Assembly: GCA_001244265.2 (NCBI GenBank)
Contig: CDLV01000006.1
Location: 1,922,001-1,986,000 of the forward strand
DNA: 64,000 nt
Direction: 5' to 3'
DNA from: Microbotryum violaceum
Lineage: Eukaryota
Position numbers and translations under genes: made by a program. Within the stretch, counting starts at the first letter, position 1. Every line of letters begins with the position of its first letter. Positions 1-12,424 of the stretch are shown piece after piece. Below the pieces are notes generated by a model that made no database searches, had not been told where the DNA came from, and saw only the letters and a list, made by a program, of their open reading frames with translations.

Positions 1-1
1 G

Positions 2-517
2 TTCAGCTGGGGATCCGCCAAGGCCGATGATGCCGAGAAAGCGACCAAGTCGGCCGCTCGTGATGCCGAGTACAAGATCCAGTCCGCCGCCGATTCCGCG
101 AACCGAACTGCACAGGAAGCGGCCAATGCTACCAAACGCGGCTACTACGAAGCCAAAGACTCGGCGGAGCGTGAGCTCGATGCGACGCGCAGGTCTGCTC
201 GCGACGTTGCACAGTATGCCGAGGATGGCGCGAGGGACACGGCGAACGCCGTGAAGCGAGGTGCCGAGGATGCGGGCCGTGTCGCACAGGAGAAGGCCGA
301 GGAGGCCAAGCAAGCGGCTTCGTCGTGGTTCTCGTGGGGGTCAAAGAAGGCCGACGAGGCCGCTGATGTCGCTGCCACCAAGGCCAACGAGACTAAGGAC
401 GCCGCCGTCGGTGCCGGGCAGGGCGTCAAGGACAACGTCAAGGATGGACTCCTGTGGGCCGAGAACAAGGTCGAGTCCGGAGCCCAATGGGCACAGCACG
501 AGACGAAGAAGCTTTAA
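2..517 (+). CDS. LEA-like / hydrophilin repeat protein, 3' part (5' end lies outside the window)
   Basis: Frame 2 is open from the window edge to TAA at 517. Ala/Lys/Glu/Asp-rich helical repeats with a repeated (W)FSWGS-x-KAD motif. Confidence 0.6.
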   Translation, partial: FSWGSAKADDAEKATKSAARDAEYKIQSAADSANRTAQEAANATKRGYYEAKDSAERELDATRRSARDVAQYAEDGARDTANAVKRGAEDAGRVAQEKAEEAKQAASSWFSWGSKKADEAADVAATKANETKDAAVGAGQGVKDNVKDGLLWAENKVESGAQWAQHETKKL

Positions 518-893
518 AAGCACAAATCATAGTTCAATATACTCGATGAGTCGGTGCAATGTAAAATAAGATGTCATGTTATTGTTCCGAGACCGGATAC
601 GCAGCTCGCGGGCACGGAAGTGAAACGCCGTCACCACGCAGAAAAGTAGGGAATTCGTAGAGCCCATTGCTCCATGCATGACAAGTACGGTGTGATACTG
701 CCTTGACAGGCTCGTTGTGCTCCTGATTCTAACATGAAATGACACAACCGATGATTTTCAAGGCCGAGTTGGCACCCCCGAGCTGAGAGCTTGGACCACC
801 TGGACCTTGCGATGATTCGACCGGGAGACCCTTCTCCCTCTTCTCACTCAGGGCGTCTACGCACCAGCACTACGGCCACTGGGACAACACAGC

Positions 894-2040
894 ATGGCCG
901 ACTTTCTCGAGGAGCTGATCGAGTCCAAATTGTCAAAATTACACCTGGATCAAGATAATGAAGAGTTGTCGTCGTTCGTGATCGGGATTGTCAAAGAGGA
1001 TTCCTTTGAGCGTGAGGTGGGTCTACCGGACGTGTAGTGGAAGTAGGACGGGACTGATTCGGTTAATATGATGTAGGACAAGAAGAGTGCTATCCTCGGG
1101 TACCTGGAGAAAGAGGAAGACGGCAAGTCGGATTCAGTTCGCAGCTTCGCACGTCGATTGTCTGGCTGCTGACTTGAAGTTCATGGGGTGCTACAGATGC
1201 GATGGGCGCCTCGATAGACGACCTTCTGGATGTCACAGGCGAGCTCCAGGATCAAGAACGAGCTCGAGAAGCCGAGGAAGCACAACGGATCGCGGAAGAG
1301 AAGAGTGAGTCCCCAGCTCGATACTGGCGTTCAGCTGCTGGGTGCCACATGATTGACCTGACCACCACTTGTATTGCTCTCTATTTGGGATAGAAGAACA
1401 AAATGCGGGGAAGAAGAAGCTCACCCCTGAACAGGAGGCGGCGAAGCAGCAAGAATTCGTGCAGGTCAGTCAGTCAGGACCATTCCGGCGCCAGCCGATC
1501 AGGGGACCCACTCGCAATCAGATCTTGGGCTCACGATGCTACCTTCTTTCTCGCAGGCATATGGTTACGTGGAGGAAGAAGAGGATGCACCCGCCGATGA
1601 AGTCGACCAAGCCTCCGATGCGGTTTTCATCGACCCGCGAGCGCTCAGCAAGAAGGCGAGGAAGAAGGCCGAGCAAAAGCAACTCGCGGCCGGTGTCGGT
1701 GAGTTGCCACCCCGTATTGTTACGTTGTGAAACAACCACCTGATGACCTATCTCTGTGGCTAGATCTACTCATGCTTCCCAACATGAACGCGGCGATTGT
1801 CAAAGGTGCCGAGCTTCAGAGGCGGAAGGAAGATTCTGCCAAAGCGTCGGCCAAGCGGGAAAAGGACAAGGCCGATCTGAAGAAACAAAAGTGGGCAGCA
1901 TAGACCGGGAGCTTGTGAGGACTGCTTACTGACCCCTTCTACCGCCATTCGCTGCCTTGGGAGAATGTTTCAGGGATGACGCCGCCAAGAAGCTCCTGGA
2001 CAAGCAGAAGAAGGCACAGAAAGGGGAACGCAAGGCCTGA
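894..2040 (+). CDS. CCDC43-like coiled-coil protein (multi-exon)
   Basis: Spliced translation MADFLEELIESKLSKLHLDQDNEELSSFVIGIVKEDSFERE|DKKSAILGYLE...LLPNMNAAIV...KKAQKGERKA*. Includes a GC-AG intron at 1123-1196. Confidence 0.7.
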
Positions 2041-2353
2041 TGACACATCCTTAATTTCGTACATGTTGTATTATTCCATATTCACCACAGCTATTGATAC
2101 CCTTCCGTCCATCCATGAAATTCACTTGCTGTGCCGATCAGTGCCGAGCTTGGCGATCATATAGCCGATCATATAGCCGATCATTCACCGGCCTCCACCA
2201 GCCTCCACCGCGGCACGGACTACACCACGGACCTCCACGGACTCGGGCCGTCGAAGGTCTCCTTTTGGCGCGGCGTGTCACCTTCGCTCTTCGCCTCGAC
2301 CCACCTTGTTCGGCGCGCAGACCCTCGTACAGAGCGACCTCGTCACTGCCGTC

Positions 2354-5300
2354 ATGGAGCCAACCCCCGATGAATCCACCGCCGCGCCTGCGATCGCCCA
2401 CCTCACAACTTCCAGAGAGGCCGGCAACGGCCACACGACGGAGCTGGCGAGTGAAACCCAGCCTGACGGCGAGCAGCAAGACGAGGCGGCTGCACCGACC
2501 GAGGAGGAGAATGGCGAAAGGGAGCTTCGAGGTTAGTGAGCAAGTGCTGTTGAAAGGCTCGATCGGCATGAGCTCGAAGCCTGGACGACCTGTCGCTGCG
2601 GATCAGGTGCCCCCGATCGATCAGCCGTCGCAGCCCAGCTTCAAAGGTGGGGTCGGGGGGGTTGGGTGAAGCGGCACGTGTCCACTTGCGCGGTTCGCAG
2701 CCTCCGACAAGCACCCACTCATCTCATGGACGGCTTGACTGCGTGAATGACACATATTGGTCGTTCATCTACGAACAAGGCAGAGCACTGACGGCATTGG
2801 AACTCGCTCGACTCGACGGCGCTCGGGCCCCACGGTCTCGTCATACATTCGCGCCGGCGTCGATACGGTGCACCTTCCTGGAGTGCATTTTTCGCCCCGG
2901 AAATACTCCAACACACTGACGAACCTGTCTGTGCGTCTCTATAGATATCGAAGACAAAAATGAATCCTCTGCCCCCATTTCGGAAGAGCCCATCGGGTCG
3001 AGCGCCGAGTCCGACAAGACTACATCTGCCGCCGCACCGGTACCGACAGAAGAGGGAAAACCCGCTGCGGCCAAAACGGCGGCGGCGGAGAAATCTTCGG
3101 TTGGTCAGATGAAGACAACTGTGCGCAAGATCGGCACGACCGTGTCGACCTCGACCGCCAAAGTACCCGCCGCTGGCAAACCCGTCACGCGCGCCCCACT
3201 GCGAGCATCGATCTCTTCTGCCGCCGGAGCCAAACCGACCGCATCACTTTCGACCTCGACTCGAGTCTCAACAGCTCCCCGAGCATCTCTCTCCGGTGGG
3301 CTGCCCCCCAGACTTCCGGCCGCGGGCGCATCGTCGACGGCCACTCGAGCAAAGTCGTCGGCTCCACCCCTGTCGTCCAGCTCGACCGCGGGTACTGCAG
3401 GTCTCACCGCGCGAGAGCGCAGCAGACTCAACGCCTCAACTGCGGCGAACAAGTCAACTGTGCCCTCTCGACCCGGATCAGCCGCCAGCGCGGCGGGCAA
3501 CACCCTCCGTTCGTCGGTGGCCGACCCCGTCCGCACCACCACCGCGCCAACGGCAACTCGACCGACTCCAACGACCTCGTCGACACGCACGGCCACGGCA
3601 GGTGCGAGCACATCAGGCGTCAGAAGGCCGGCAACATCGTCGACGGCTGCATCGTCGACTGGAGCCGCACACCGTGCACGTGCGAGTGTCGCTTCTGCAG
3701 GAGGGTTGAACGGATCGACGTTGAAAGCTGCGTCTGCCGGTCCTCTGGCTGCGGCAGCCAAGAAGGCCGCCGACGAAGGCCACACCAAGCAGGTCAGTGA
3801 CCCCCTCCATGTGTTTAGTCGTGTCTGAACCCCCGATTAAAGATTTTCTTTCTCAGGTTGCGGACCTTACCTCACAGCTACATAAACTCAGAGTCGAAGC
3901 CGCCGAGAAGCAGCAAGCGGTGGAGTGGGCATCTTCTTCGACGACATCGCTCGAAGCAGCACTGGCCGCGGCCGAAGAAAGGTGTGCCACCCTGCAAGCT
4001 TCTTTGGACGATCTGGAAAAGAAACAAGCTGCCCGCACCGAGGAGTCAGACAAGTTGTCTGAGGAAACCGCCGTGCGCGAGAAACTCGAGGCTAAGATCG
4101 AAGAGAGCCAACAGGCGGTGGAGCAAGCTCGATTAGACGAGGCGGCGTCGAAGAAAGAGTTGGAGCAGGCGCTTGCCTCTGTTGCAGAACTCACGAAGGA
4201 GAAGGAAGAGCTCTCGGCTCAGCTTCAGTCGAAGCAAGACGATCTCGCGGCTAAGCTCAAGTCCGTCGAGGTGAAGCACTCTGCGCTACAAGTCGAGCAT
4301 GTATCTACGCTGGAGCAGCTCGGGATCAAGCACCAAGAAGAGACGAAGGCGATCCAAGAAGCACTGGTGAAGGAGCACGAGGCGGCGATGGCCAAGCTCA
4401 AGGCCGAACATACCCACGCCCTCGACGCATTAGGCGAACACACCAAGGAGATTGCTGGCATCCGGAATCAACTCGATGCGACGCAGAATGACCAAGACAA
4501 GCAGTCCGATTCGCTTCAGAAAGACCATGCCGCAGTCCAAGAGGCTCACGACGCGATCAAAGCGCAACTCACCGTCATCAAGGATGAGCATGCGGCTCAG
4601 ATCAAGGCGATGGAAGACGAACACATGACGACGCTTGATGCAGAGCTGGAAAAACTGCGAACACAGCACGAGACCGACCTTGCTGACGCCAAGACCCCTG
4701 CCGATACCGAAATCAACATTGACGAGATCCGATCACAAGCTGCCGCCGATGTCGAAAGAGCCAAGGCCGCTGCAGAAGCGGAGGTCCAGGGCGCGAGAGA
4801 GCAGATCGAGAAACTCAGGGCTGAACTTGAAGTGAGTCGCGGTGTCGCTGATGATCAGTGATTGGAAACAACAAGCTCATTCTTACTCCGTTGAGCAGAA
4901 CATCAAGTCAGCTCATGCCGAAGCGCTTGCCGAGGTGGAGTCTTCACAGGGGACGGAACTCAAGGCCGCTTACGAGACGGCTCGATCGGCTGCGGCCGAA
5001 GCGCATCAGGAGGAACTTCAGGCTCTGCGCGCCAAAACTGAGAAGACGTTCAAGCAATTACGTGACGCCCATGCGAAGGAGATCGAGGCCTTGGAGCAAG
5101 CGAGGGCGAGCGACGTCACGTCCGCCAAGCAAGAGCTCGAGGGAGAGATCCGGGCGCTCAAAGTCGAACTTGAGGCCAGTACCAGTGTGAGTATTCTTCC
5201 TCTTTTGCGGAGCACTGCATGTGCGGCCCGCTGAATGATACTCTCTTTGCAGGACCTCGCGAAGCGAGATGGTACAGTCCGAACCCTCGAGTCGCAGGTG

Positions 5301-5863
5301 GCATCGCTGGAGGCCGAATCAGCAAAGGAAAAAGAAGCTACTGGATCTGCAGAGACCATTGCTTCAGACGAGGACACTGAGCTCAGGTCAGAGCTGGAGC
5401 AGGCCAAGGCCGACCTCGTGGCCGCTCGATCCGATCTCGCCGACGTCAAGCTCGCGCTCGGCCGCACGCAAGAGGATGCCTTGGCACAGATTAATGCTAT
5501 GACCAAGATCCACGACAAGGTCCTCGAATCCAAGGAAGAGGACCATGTCAATGCCCTTCAGGGGCTGAAGCAACAGCTCTCGATTTTGAAGGAACAGGGT
5601 GCGAAGCAGCAACAATCACCGCCGTCGCCGAGCAAGGGCGGGGATGTCAATTCGTTGCATTTGGCGCACTCGGCCAAGGTTGAGGAGTTGCAAGTCCAGT
5701 GGAGAAGTGAACAGGAAGAACTGCAAGCGGTGAGTGGTCCTTCCGCTTCGAGGTCTTGTGCGTTTAGCTCAACGAGTACTGATACCTTTCTCTCGTCGCT
5801 TCTGTGGATCAGACCGTCGCGAGACTGCAGCGCGAGGTGGATCTCTATCGCAACGCCGAGTGA
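2354..5863 (+). CDS. Long protein: acidic N-terminus, basic Ser/Thr/Ala/Arg-rich disordered region, extended C-terminal coiled coil (possibly cytoskeleton-associated)
   Basis: ORFs 3109-3828, 3797-4861, 4842-5234 and 5235-5978 are joined by GT-AG introns. Heptad-like E/K/A/L/Q composition; ends TVARLQREVDLYRNAE*. Confidence 0.7.
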
Positions 5864-6119
5864 GCGTAGTGCCGTCGGGCCTTCAGTATATAGTAACCAT
5901 CCTTTTTTTCTTATACGTCTCCTTGCCCACAACACTTGGGGCATCGAAGAAGATTGCTCTCCCTTCTCGCATAGTTAGTTCGCATCATATACTTTTCGTT
6001 AGTTTGCTATGACCGTATCGAGATCGTTGCAATACTTTCTCTCTCCAAGACACGTCATTCTAGCATCGAAAAGGAGTTCTAGCTGTATAGCCATTCGAAT
6101 TTCGCACGATTGCAGTCGT

Positions 6120-7700
6120 TCAACAAACGAGCTTTTCATCTCCTTTGCTCTGCACCACCCGTTCGCCCAAATCCCTCCCGATCGTTCGCCCGAACGTCTC
6201 GAGCAACAACTCGAAGCAAACTTTGGAAATCGCCGCATCGAACCTGCCCTGTGAGTTCAAACGTGAGGACCCACTGATAGATCAGTATCGTCCGCCTTTA
6301 CTGAACTTCTCGTCGCCCCTTTGCTTACTTTCGAAAGCTCATCCCGGATAAAGGCGTGGTTCGCTTGCAGCTCGAGGAACGTCATCTTCAACCCGGCGGA
6401 ATTAAGCTGTTGGCGGATTAGGTTACGTCCCGCAAGCGGCTGTAGAATGACACTCAAGGGATGGTTATGTATGGCTCGTTCGCTAGAGGCGCAAGGCACT
6501 GACTGACGACATGGCCATCTTGAGTTCCGAAAATGAGGACGACCTCGCCTTTGAGATCACCCTTCGATGCTCGGACGAGTGAGTCGTCGCCTGTTGAGGA
6601 TAATGCGCCATTGTGTATATCTGATTCAGAGTACGAAGCATGTCTTGGTCGGCATATACGCCTCTGGTTCAAATACAGACCGATCTCACTTGCCCGTTGG
6701 GAAGTAGCAGACCGAGGCCAAGACTCGAGGATCGAGAGCGTTCTGGGCGAGGCGAGGTGAGCGGTACGTCAGAAGAGATATCTACCGACGAGGTCTGAAT
6801 GACCGTGGTAGCCATCACCTACCCTGAATGCCAAATGGCCACCCAAGCACATTCCTGTCGTTCCGATCCGACCGTTGCAGTTCTGTCCGTGCAGATCCGA
6901 GAGATTTGGATCAGCGATGAGCGAAAGCCGTTATATCGTGTAGGCCTCACTTTGTGTTCCATCAAGAGGTCGACCGCCTACAGAGGAATTGTTGTCAGTT
7001 TATGTGCACATGGTAGAGAGCTCTCCAAAGGTACCTTCTTGGCATCCTCGTCATAGGCACTCAGGACCTTCTTGACCTTGTAGGCGTTCCCAGCATCCGT
7101 ACCCGGCACATCATAGGCGAGCGCGGCAGGACCTGTGAATTCGTGGAAGACAACTGGGCATGCAACGATATATCCCTGTGAAGCGATCGAGTTGGCGAAG
7201 CGAAGGACAGGACCGGTCACCTGCGGGATAAGTGATATGGAGTTGGAGGTGAGTGAGAGGTGGGGGTTGTCCCGGCCCGCCCCACGATGAGGGAGCGGTC
7301 ACCCAGATAATGAAGCCTGGGAATGCTCACATTGTAAATTTCGGACCATACTACTACTCCTGGGAACTTGGCGTTGGGATATTCTGGCATTCTGTCGTGG
7401 GTGTAGAGAGGGGTCAGCTCAGCGTCATCAGGGGCGGTTTCTAGGGGGACATTGCGGTGAGGGTGCTGATGCTGGTGTACTGAAGCAAGTAACAGTGGCA
7501 GGGAGACTGAACCGGACGAGCTCTCACTTTGGCTTGACGACAAATATGGTCATGGGCCCCTGCGAGTGCCAGACGTGGTGTGGGAAACATCGGTCGACAA
7601 ACTCGGAAGTGGGGGAGAGGGACCCCCTCGCAGCGACCAAGGCCGAGTGGCCACTCACAGTTGCGGTCGAGACCTCGTGTTCACTTTGTTCGATCAACAT
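6120..7700 (-). CDS. Dienelactone hydrolase family (alpha/beta hydrolase)
   Basis: MLIEQSEHEVSTAT|GPMTIF...FPGVVVWSEIYN|VTGPVLRFANSIASQGY..., nucleophile motif GMCLGGHLAFR, and QANHAFIRDELSK. Confidence 0.9.
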
Positions 7701-8215
7701 GATCGGCTCTCGTCACGAGCTCTGCGTTGAATGGATTCGAGGGTTGAGGTGCGCACGGAACCGAGGCAAGGCGAGCCGGTGCAGCTGGCAGGCCGGCATG
7801 CGCCAGGCGACCCCTTTCCGAGCCTCGCCCGCCGAGTTTACCCAACATTTTCACAGACACACCGAGCTCGCCCCAAGTCATGTCAATCAGACCTTGGGAA
7901 AAGCAAAAAAGTGGTCGCAGCCACCAAAGACGATCAGCCTTCCTTAGCAGAACACTACACCTCTTTTGAATATTCGCCCTCGATGGGGACCGATGGCCGA
8001 CTCGGACTCGGGCCGCTCACGCGCTCACATGCAGTTCAATCGGCCAGTATTCAGCCGGTAAGCCCGGAGCGCAATGGCCGAAGCCGAAGCGCGAGATTCA
8101 TCCCTTCTTGGCGCCTTTTGTACCCTTAACCCGAAGCCATTCTCGTCGCACTCAGAGTCAAGCTCCGCTCCTCGTGCTGATGAGGCGACAACGAATCACA
8201 AGGAACAACGGAACA

Positions 8216-9894
8216 ATGGATACGACGGCCTCAACCTCATCGGGACCGGCAATCTCCCAAGTGGGCGAAGCGACCCCACTCGTCGCTAAGAACTCCAGGC
8301 TACTGTCCTACGATGAGCTCGAGGACTGGCGCAAAGACAATCATTACATCCGTACGGGCTATAGACAAACGCTCAAGTCGTACTATGCTTGCTTCGCGTC
8401 CATCTTTGGAGTTCACAACGAGACGACCAACATTGCAAGTGAGGGCCGCTCGGCGACGTCATACCCGAGTCGTGCACGGGTTTCGTTCCAACTGAACTCG
8501 AATCTTACTCTTCATCGAAGCAGTGGACACATCTGATTGGTGCGATCGTCGCAATAGGCTCCTTGCTGTACCTCGTCATGGCCATCACTCCCCACGAGCG
8601 ATCTCGACACCGCCAAGGTTGGCTCGCACCGCTGGCCGGAATCCCCTATCCGTTCCCGTCGGCTGCTCAGCCGAGCGTGACTTGGATCGATAGCTTCGGC
8701 AAGTCCGATCTCGACGAGCAGCTCAATCCTCGAGAGGACGGAGGCATGCGCTAATCTTCTCCACGGGCTTCGTTATGGCAGGCTTTGGAGTGTTTTTCGT
8801 CAGCGCAGCGACATGCTTGGGTAAGGAGGCCCTCTCCCTGGTTGTATGAAGAGCTTCGGTAACACAAAATTCGCATGTTTCTATTCCGCCCGCAGGCTTC
8901 TCCGCGTCATTTCACGCCCTAGGCTGTCATTCAAAAGAGGTCGGTCCGACGTGACCCCCGAACGGAGTACTTCTAGCAGATTTAACCTCCCGACTTTATT
9001 TTTCCTGAACAGGTCGCACATCGATGGAACAACTTTGACTACGTCGGGATTGTTGTTCTGATATCAGGAACGTTTGTGCCTGCCGTCCGATACGGTTTCT
9101 TCTGTGCGTACTTTTCTCGATGCTACGCAGCCGGCTTCGTCCGACTGACGGCACAGTCAGATTCCATTTTGAAGGTGATCCCCACCTTAGGAATCTCTAC
9201 ATAACCCTCATCTACTCCGCGGCATTATGTGAGCGACTTGAAAGAGTGCATCACTTTACTTTTCGCTCCTTCTGACCTGGAGTGCACCCACTCCCCCTAC
9301 AGTCACCGCTTATACCGTGCTCGCGCCGCACGCCAAGACCCCTGAGTTCCGTCGTTTCCGAGCTTGGGTCTTTATCGCTCTTGGGACAAGTGCGGTGTTC
9401 CCCGTCGGACATGCTGTACTTCGCTATGGGGTTAGTCACAAATCTCATCATTTCCATGGTAAAGATACCTCGCTGATGAATGTACCGAGAACAGTTCGAG
9501 GGAGCATCGAATGGAATCGCGTTGCCTTGGCTCGCTCTTGGAGGTGCACTGTGAATTTTCCTCGATTCGATCTGCGATTGTCACCGTCTGGGCATAGAAC
9601 ACTGACTCCATCATTTCCCGTCGTAGCTACATTGTCGGCGCAGTATTGCACGTCTGACCTCCACACCAAAGCCCGTCTAATTTTCGCCTTCACTGAACCC
9701 CCTCCCACCCTGTTTTTAGATACGCCGAGCGCTGTCCCGAACGATTCCTCCCCGGCCAATTCGACCTCTTTGGATCCTCGCACCAGATCTTCCACGTCTT
9801 GATCATCTTGGCCGCCGCATCGCATTGGGCGGCGATTTCGGAAGGATTCAGGTATTGGCATGGCGAGAGGGGCGGGGTTTGTCCAGTGAGGTGA
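8216..9894 (+). CDS. PAQR / IZH (adiponectin-receptor, haemolysin-III) family membrane protein
   Basis: Motifs WRKDNHYIRTGYR, HNETTNIWTHLIG, FSASFHALGCHS, DYVGI and PERFLPGQFDLFGSSHQIFHV. Two GC-AG introns. Confidence 0.92.
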
Positions 9895-10172
9895 TGGGGA
9901 GAGTCAGAAGGGAGAGGAATAGTAGACCTCGAGTTTCGAGGAGTTTCTCGGCTTAGATGTAGAGGTGTGCAAGGAACCACTGCAATCAATACTCATTAAA
10001 GAGGTAAAGAGGTTCCTCTACGAAGTATCAAGGGACCCGACGGGCGCGCTAGGGAATAAGAATCAAGGAGGTGCGAGAAAGGAGCGGGGATGGGTAAAAG
10101 ACAAAATAATCAACACAAAAAACAAGAAAAAAGTAGGGAGAAAATACGCAATCCGTCTCTCGGTGGCTACGC

Positions 10173-11227
10173 TCAATCGACGCCCATCTTGACCAATCGA
10201 CTCTGCGCGATGTCCCACATGGCCTTGAGCCCGCGGCTTAGTTCGTCCCTCCATGCTTTGGACCCGACGACGTGGGTCTTGATCTTTTCTTGTAGGGAAA
10301 AGAGACGAGGTTCGGGAGTCGAAGGGGAAGGTTCGGGGAGGACGAGGTCGAGTTTCTCCTGTGGAGTGGAATCACGTAAGACGGGTGAATAAGATCGTAT
10401 TGGGATGGGTACAAGTTGGATTTTTTAGTGGGCGACTAACCTCGATTTCGGGCACGATCGCGGCTCGCGGTCGGCCGTTGACGAAGGTGACGAAGCGAAG
10501 ACCGGGAAAGGCTTCTTCGTAAAGCGAGTTGAGCATCTTTGTGGAGTAAGGCGGAAAAGGAGTAGGTATGGTCAGGCTCGACTCAGCTTCGGAAATGTGG
10601 GGGGAAGGTCCGAAGGCCGTGGTCGAGCTTTGTTCTTCAAGAGCAGATTTCGCCTGGGCGCACAGGTCATGCGTGTTCGGTGCACTAAAGCATATCTCTG
10701 ATTGGTTCGGCAGTACGACTCGGTGCTGCTGCAACGGCTCGTCTGGCGGCTTCGAGCTCTCTTGGGCGAAATGGCCGTCTCGGTCTTTGAGGGGTTGCCG
10801 AGCCCCTAAAAGTCGGTCCTCAATCCGAGGTGCTTGCATTCGGACGAGACTCGATCGAAGGAAACGGAAAGCGTATACTTACACTGAGCCTCTTGAGTAC
10901 TTCGCCCGGTGTAGCGCCCTGAGCGGGAGCCTGCTCCTTGCCGCTGAACGAACTCAACCCGATTGTCTCTCCAATCCTCGGATGACTGGCTAAGAACTCG
11001 GCCTGGTCCTGCACGTCCCACGACTCGACGATCGAGGCCGCTCGTTCCAAGAGTTCACGGTAGGTTGAAGGTGGGGAAGATTGGGAGAAGGAGGCGTGTA
11101 GTTGAGGAACAAGGAGTTGAGTCAGAGGAGGCGAGGGCTCGAGGAGGTCCGTTAGGACGGGCACGAGGGATGAGGCCGGGGCGTGAACGAGCAGTGAGAT
11201 CCGGGGAGGGGGTAAGGTTTCCGTCAT
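10173..11227 (-). CDS. OHCU decarboxylase (urate degradation)
   Basis: FLASHPRIGE...S..EQ, LNSLYEEAFPGLRFVTFVNGRPR and ELSRGLKAMWDIAQSRL. Intron 10537-10882 plus a short second intron. Confidence 0.85.
10570..10856 (+). ncRNA. Candidate structured ncRNA with an RNase P/MRP-like core, antisense within OHCU decarboxylase intron 1
   Basis: GGGAAGGTCCGAA (CR-I-like) pairs with TTCGGAC, and many nested helices carry G-U pairs only in + orientation. A P3 domain is not evident. Confidence 0.4.
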
Positions 11228-11744
11228 TGCGATGTGGGATGAAGCTTGACAAGGGGAGGAGAGCGGAAAAGGCAAGGCGGAGAGAGCAAAGGCGAGAGAG
11301 TGACTGGGGGACCGCAAGAGCCAAGACGAGCGACGACGAGCGGGTTGAACGTGGAGCGATCTGCGATAGCGCCGCTGGCCCCTGGGTCTGTGATAAGCCG
11401 CGGAGACCAAGGGTAGTCCAGGGACGATGCAGTGCGAGGAGCCAAGAAGAGATCAATCCAATCAAAGTAGCTCGGATTCGACTCGTACCAAATGGCAAGG
11501 TCAAAGCACGAATGCACAGGTGTTGTCGCTGACTGAATCCGCTCGAATCGACCAGGGACGTGACCCCCAACCTTCGCAAGCTTAAGGCTACACGGCCAGC
11601 CCTTTGGGATGGGGATTTCGCACGGATCCGCTCCTGATTTCCGCAGGGTCTGCCTGGCGCTAGCCTCGCGGTGCTAGATCATACGGATTCCACGGTGGAC
11701 ACGAGAAGAAGTTGAGATTGTCATTTTCTGAGCGCATGAAACCT

Positions 11745-11978
11745 CATAGCAAAAAACGGGGGTATTTCGGGTATGGCTTTGGGAGTGCGCGCTCTGCCGA
11801 GACGATCCCGGCGCCATCCCAGCACCATCCCGGCGCTCGGCGCTCAATTCTAGGACGATCCTGGGATGGTCCCAAGAGGGCGAGCGCGTGCCGGGATGGT
11901 CTGGGATGGCGCCGGGATCGTCTCGGCAGAGCGCGCACTCCCAAAGCCATACCCGAAATACCCCCGTTTTTTGCTATG
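11745..11978. mobile_element. MITE / fold-back element, 234 bp
   Basis: Perfect 78-bp terminal inverted repeats (11745-11822 and 11901-11978) starting CATAGCAAAAAACGGGGG, with CT on both flanks (possible 2-bp TSD). Confidence 0.9.
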
Positions 11979-12424
11979 CTATTGCAGACAGTTAATCAAC
12001 TGTTTGGGGATGCTTAACATCTACTCCATTCTTAGCAACCGCTAGTGAGCTGATGCTGTAATGTTTCTACATACCATATGGATTCCAGAGTACCAAAATC
12101 TAAGTTTTGCAGAAGGGTTTCATAATAAACGCGTACTGGGTACGGACTCATGTTATCCGTACGAGGGAGGGTTGCGCGTGTAGCTCTCAGCTGCTCTCAG
12201 CTCTTCTCAGCTGCTCTCGGTAGCTCTCGGTCATCCCCAGCCGGCCCAGCCTGCTCCGCACTGCTCGCGGCGGGGTGGGCGGCTTCGGGCCGCGAACGCC
12301 GCTTCGGATTTGCGAGTCGTGCCTTAAGAGTAGGTCAGCAGCGATCAGCCCTCAGCGCTCAGCAGTGACAGCTGGGTTCGGCACCGCGGCTTTTGGGTCC
12401 CGACACCACTCCTTCCGCAAGAAC

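Noticed and set aside
2532-2944. Long first intron of the coiled-coil gene as another fold-back intron or snoRNA host
   Set aside because: Only short scattered complements (AGTGCT/AGCACT, AGCCGTC/GACGGCT), no clear snoRNA boxes, and a hidden micro-exon cannot be excluded.
12180-12232. GCTCTCAGCT-like short tandem repeats upstream of gluconokinase
   Set aside because: Degenerate simple repeat with no evidence of function.
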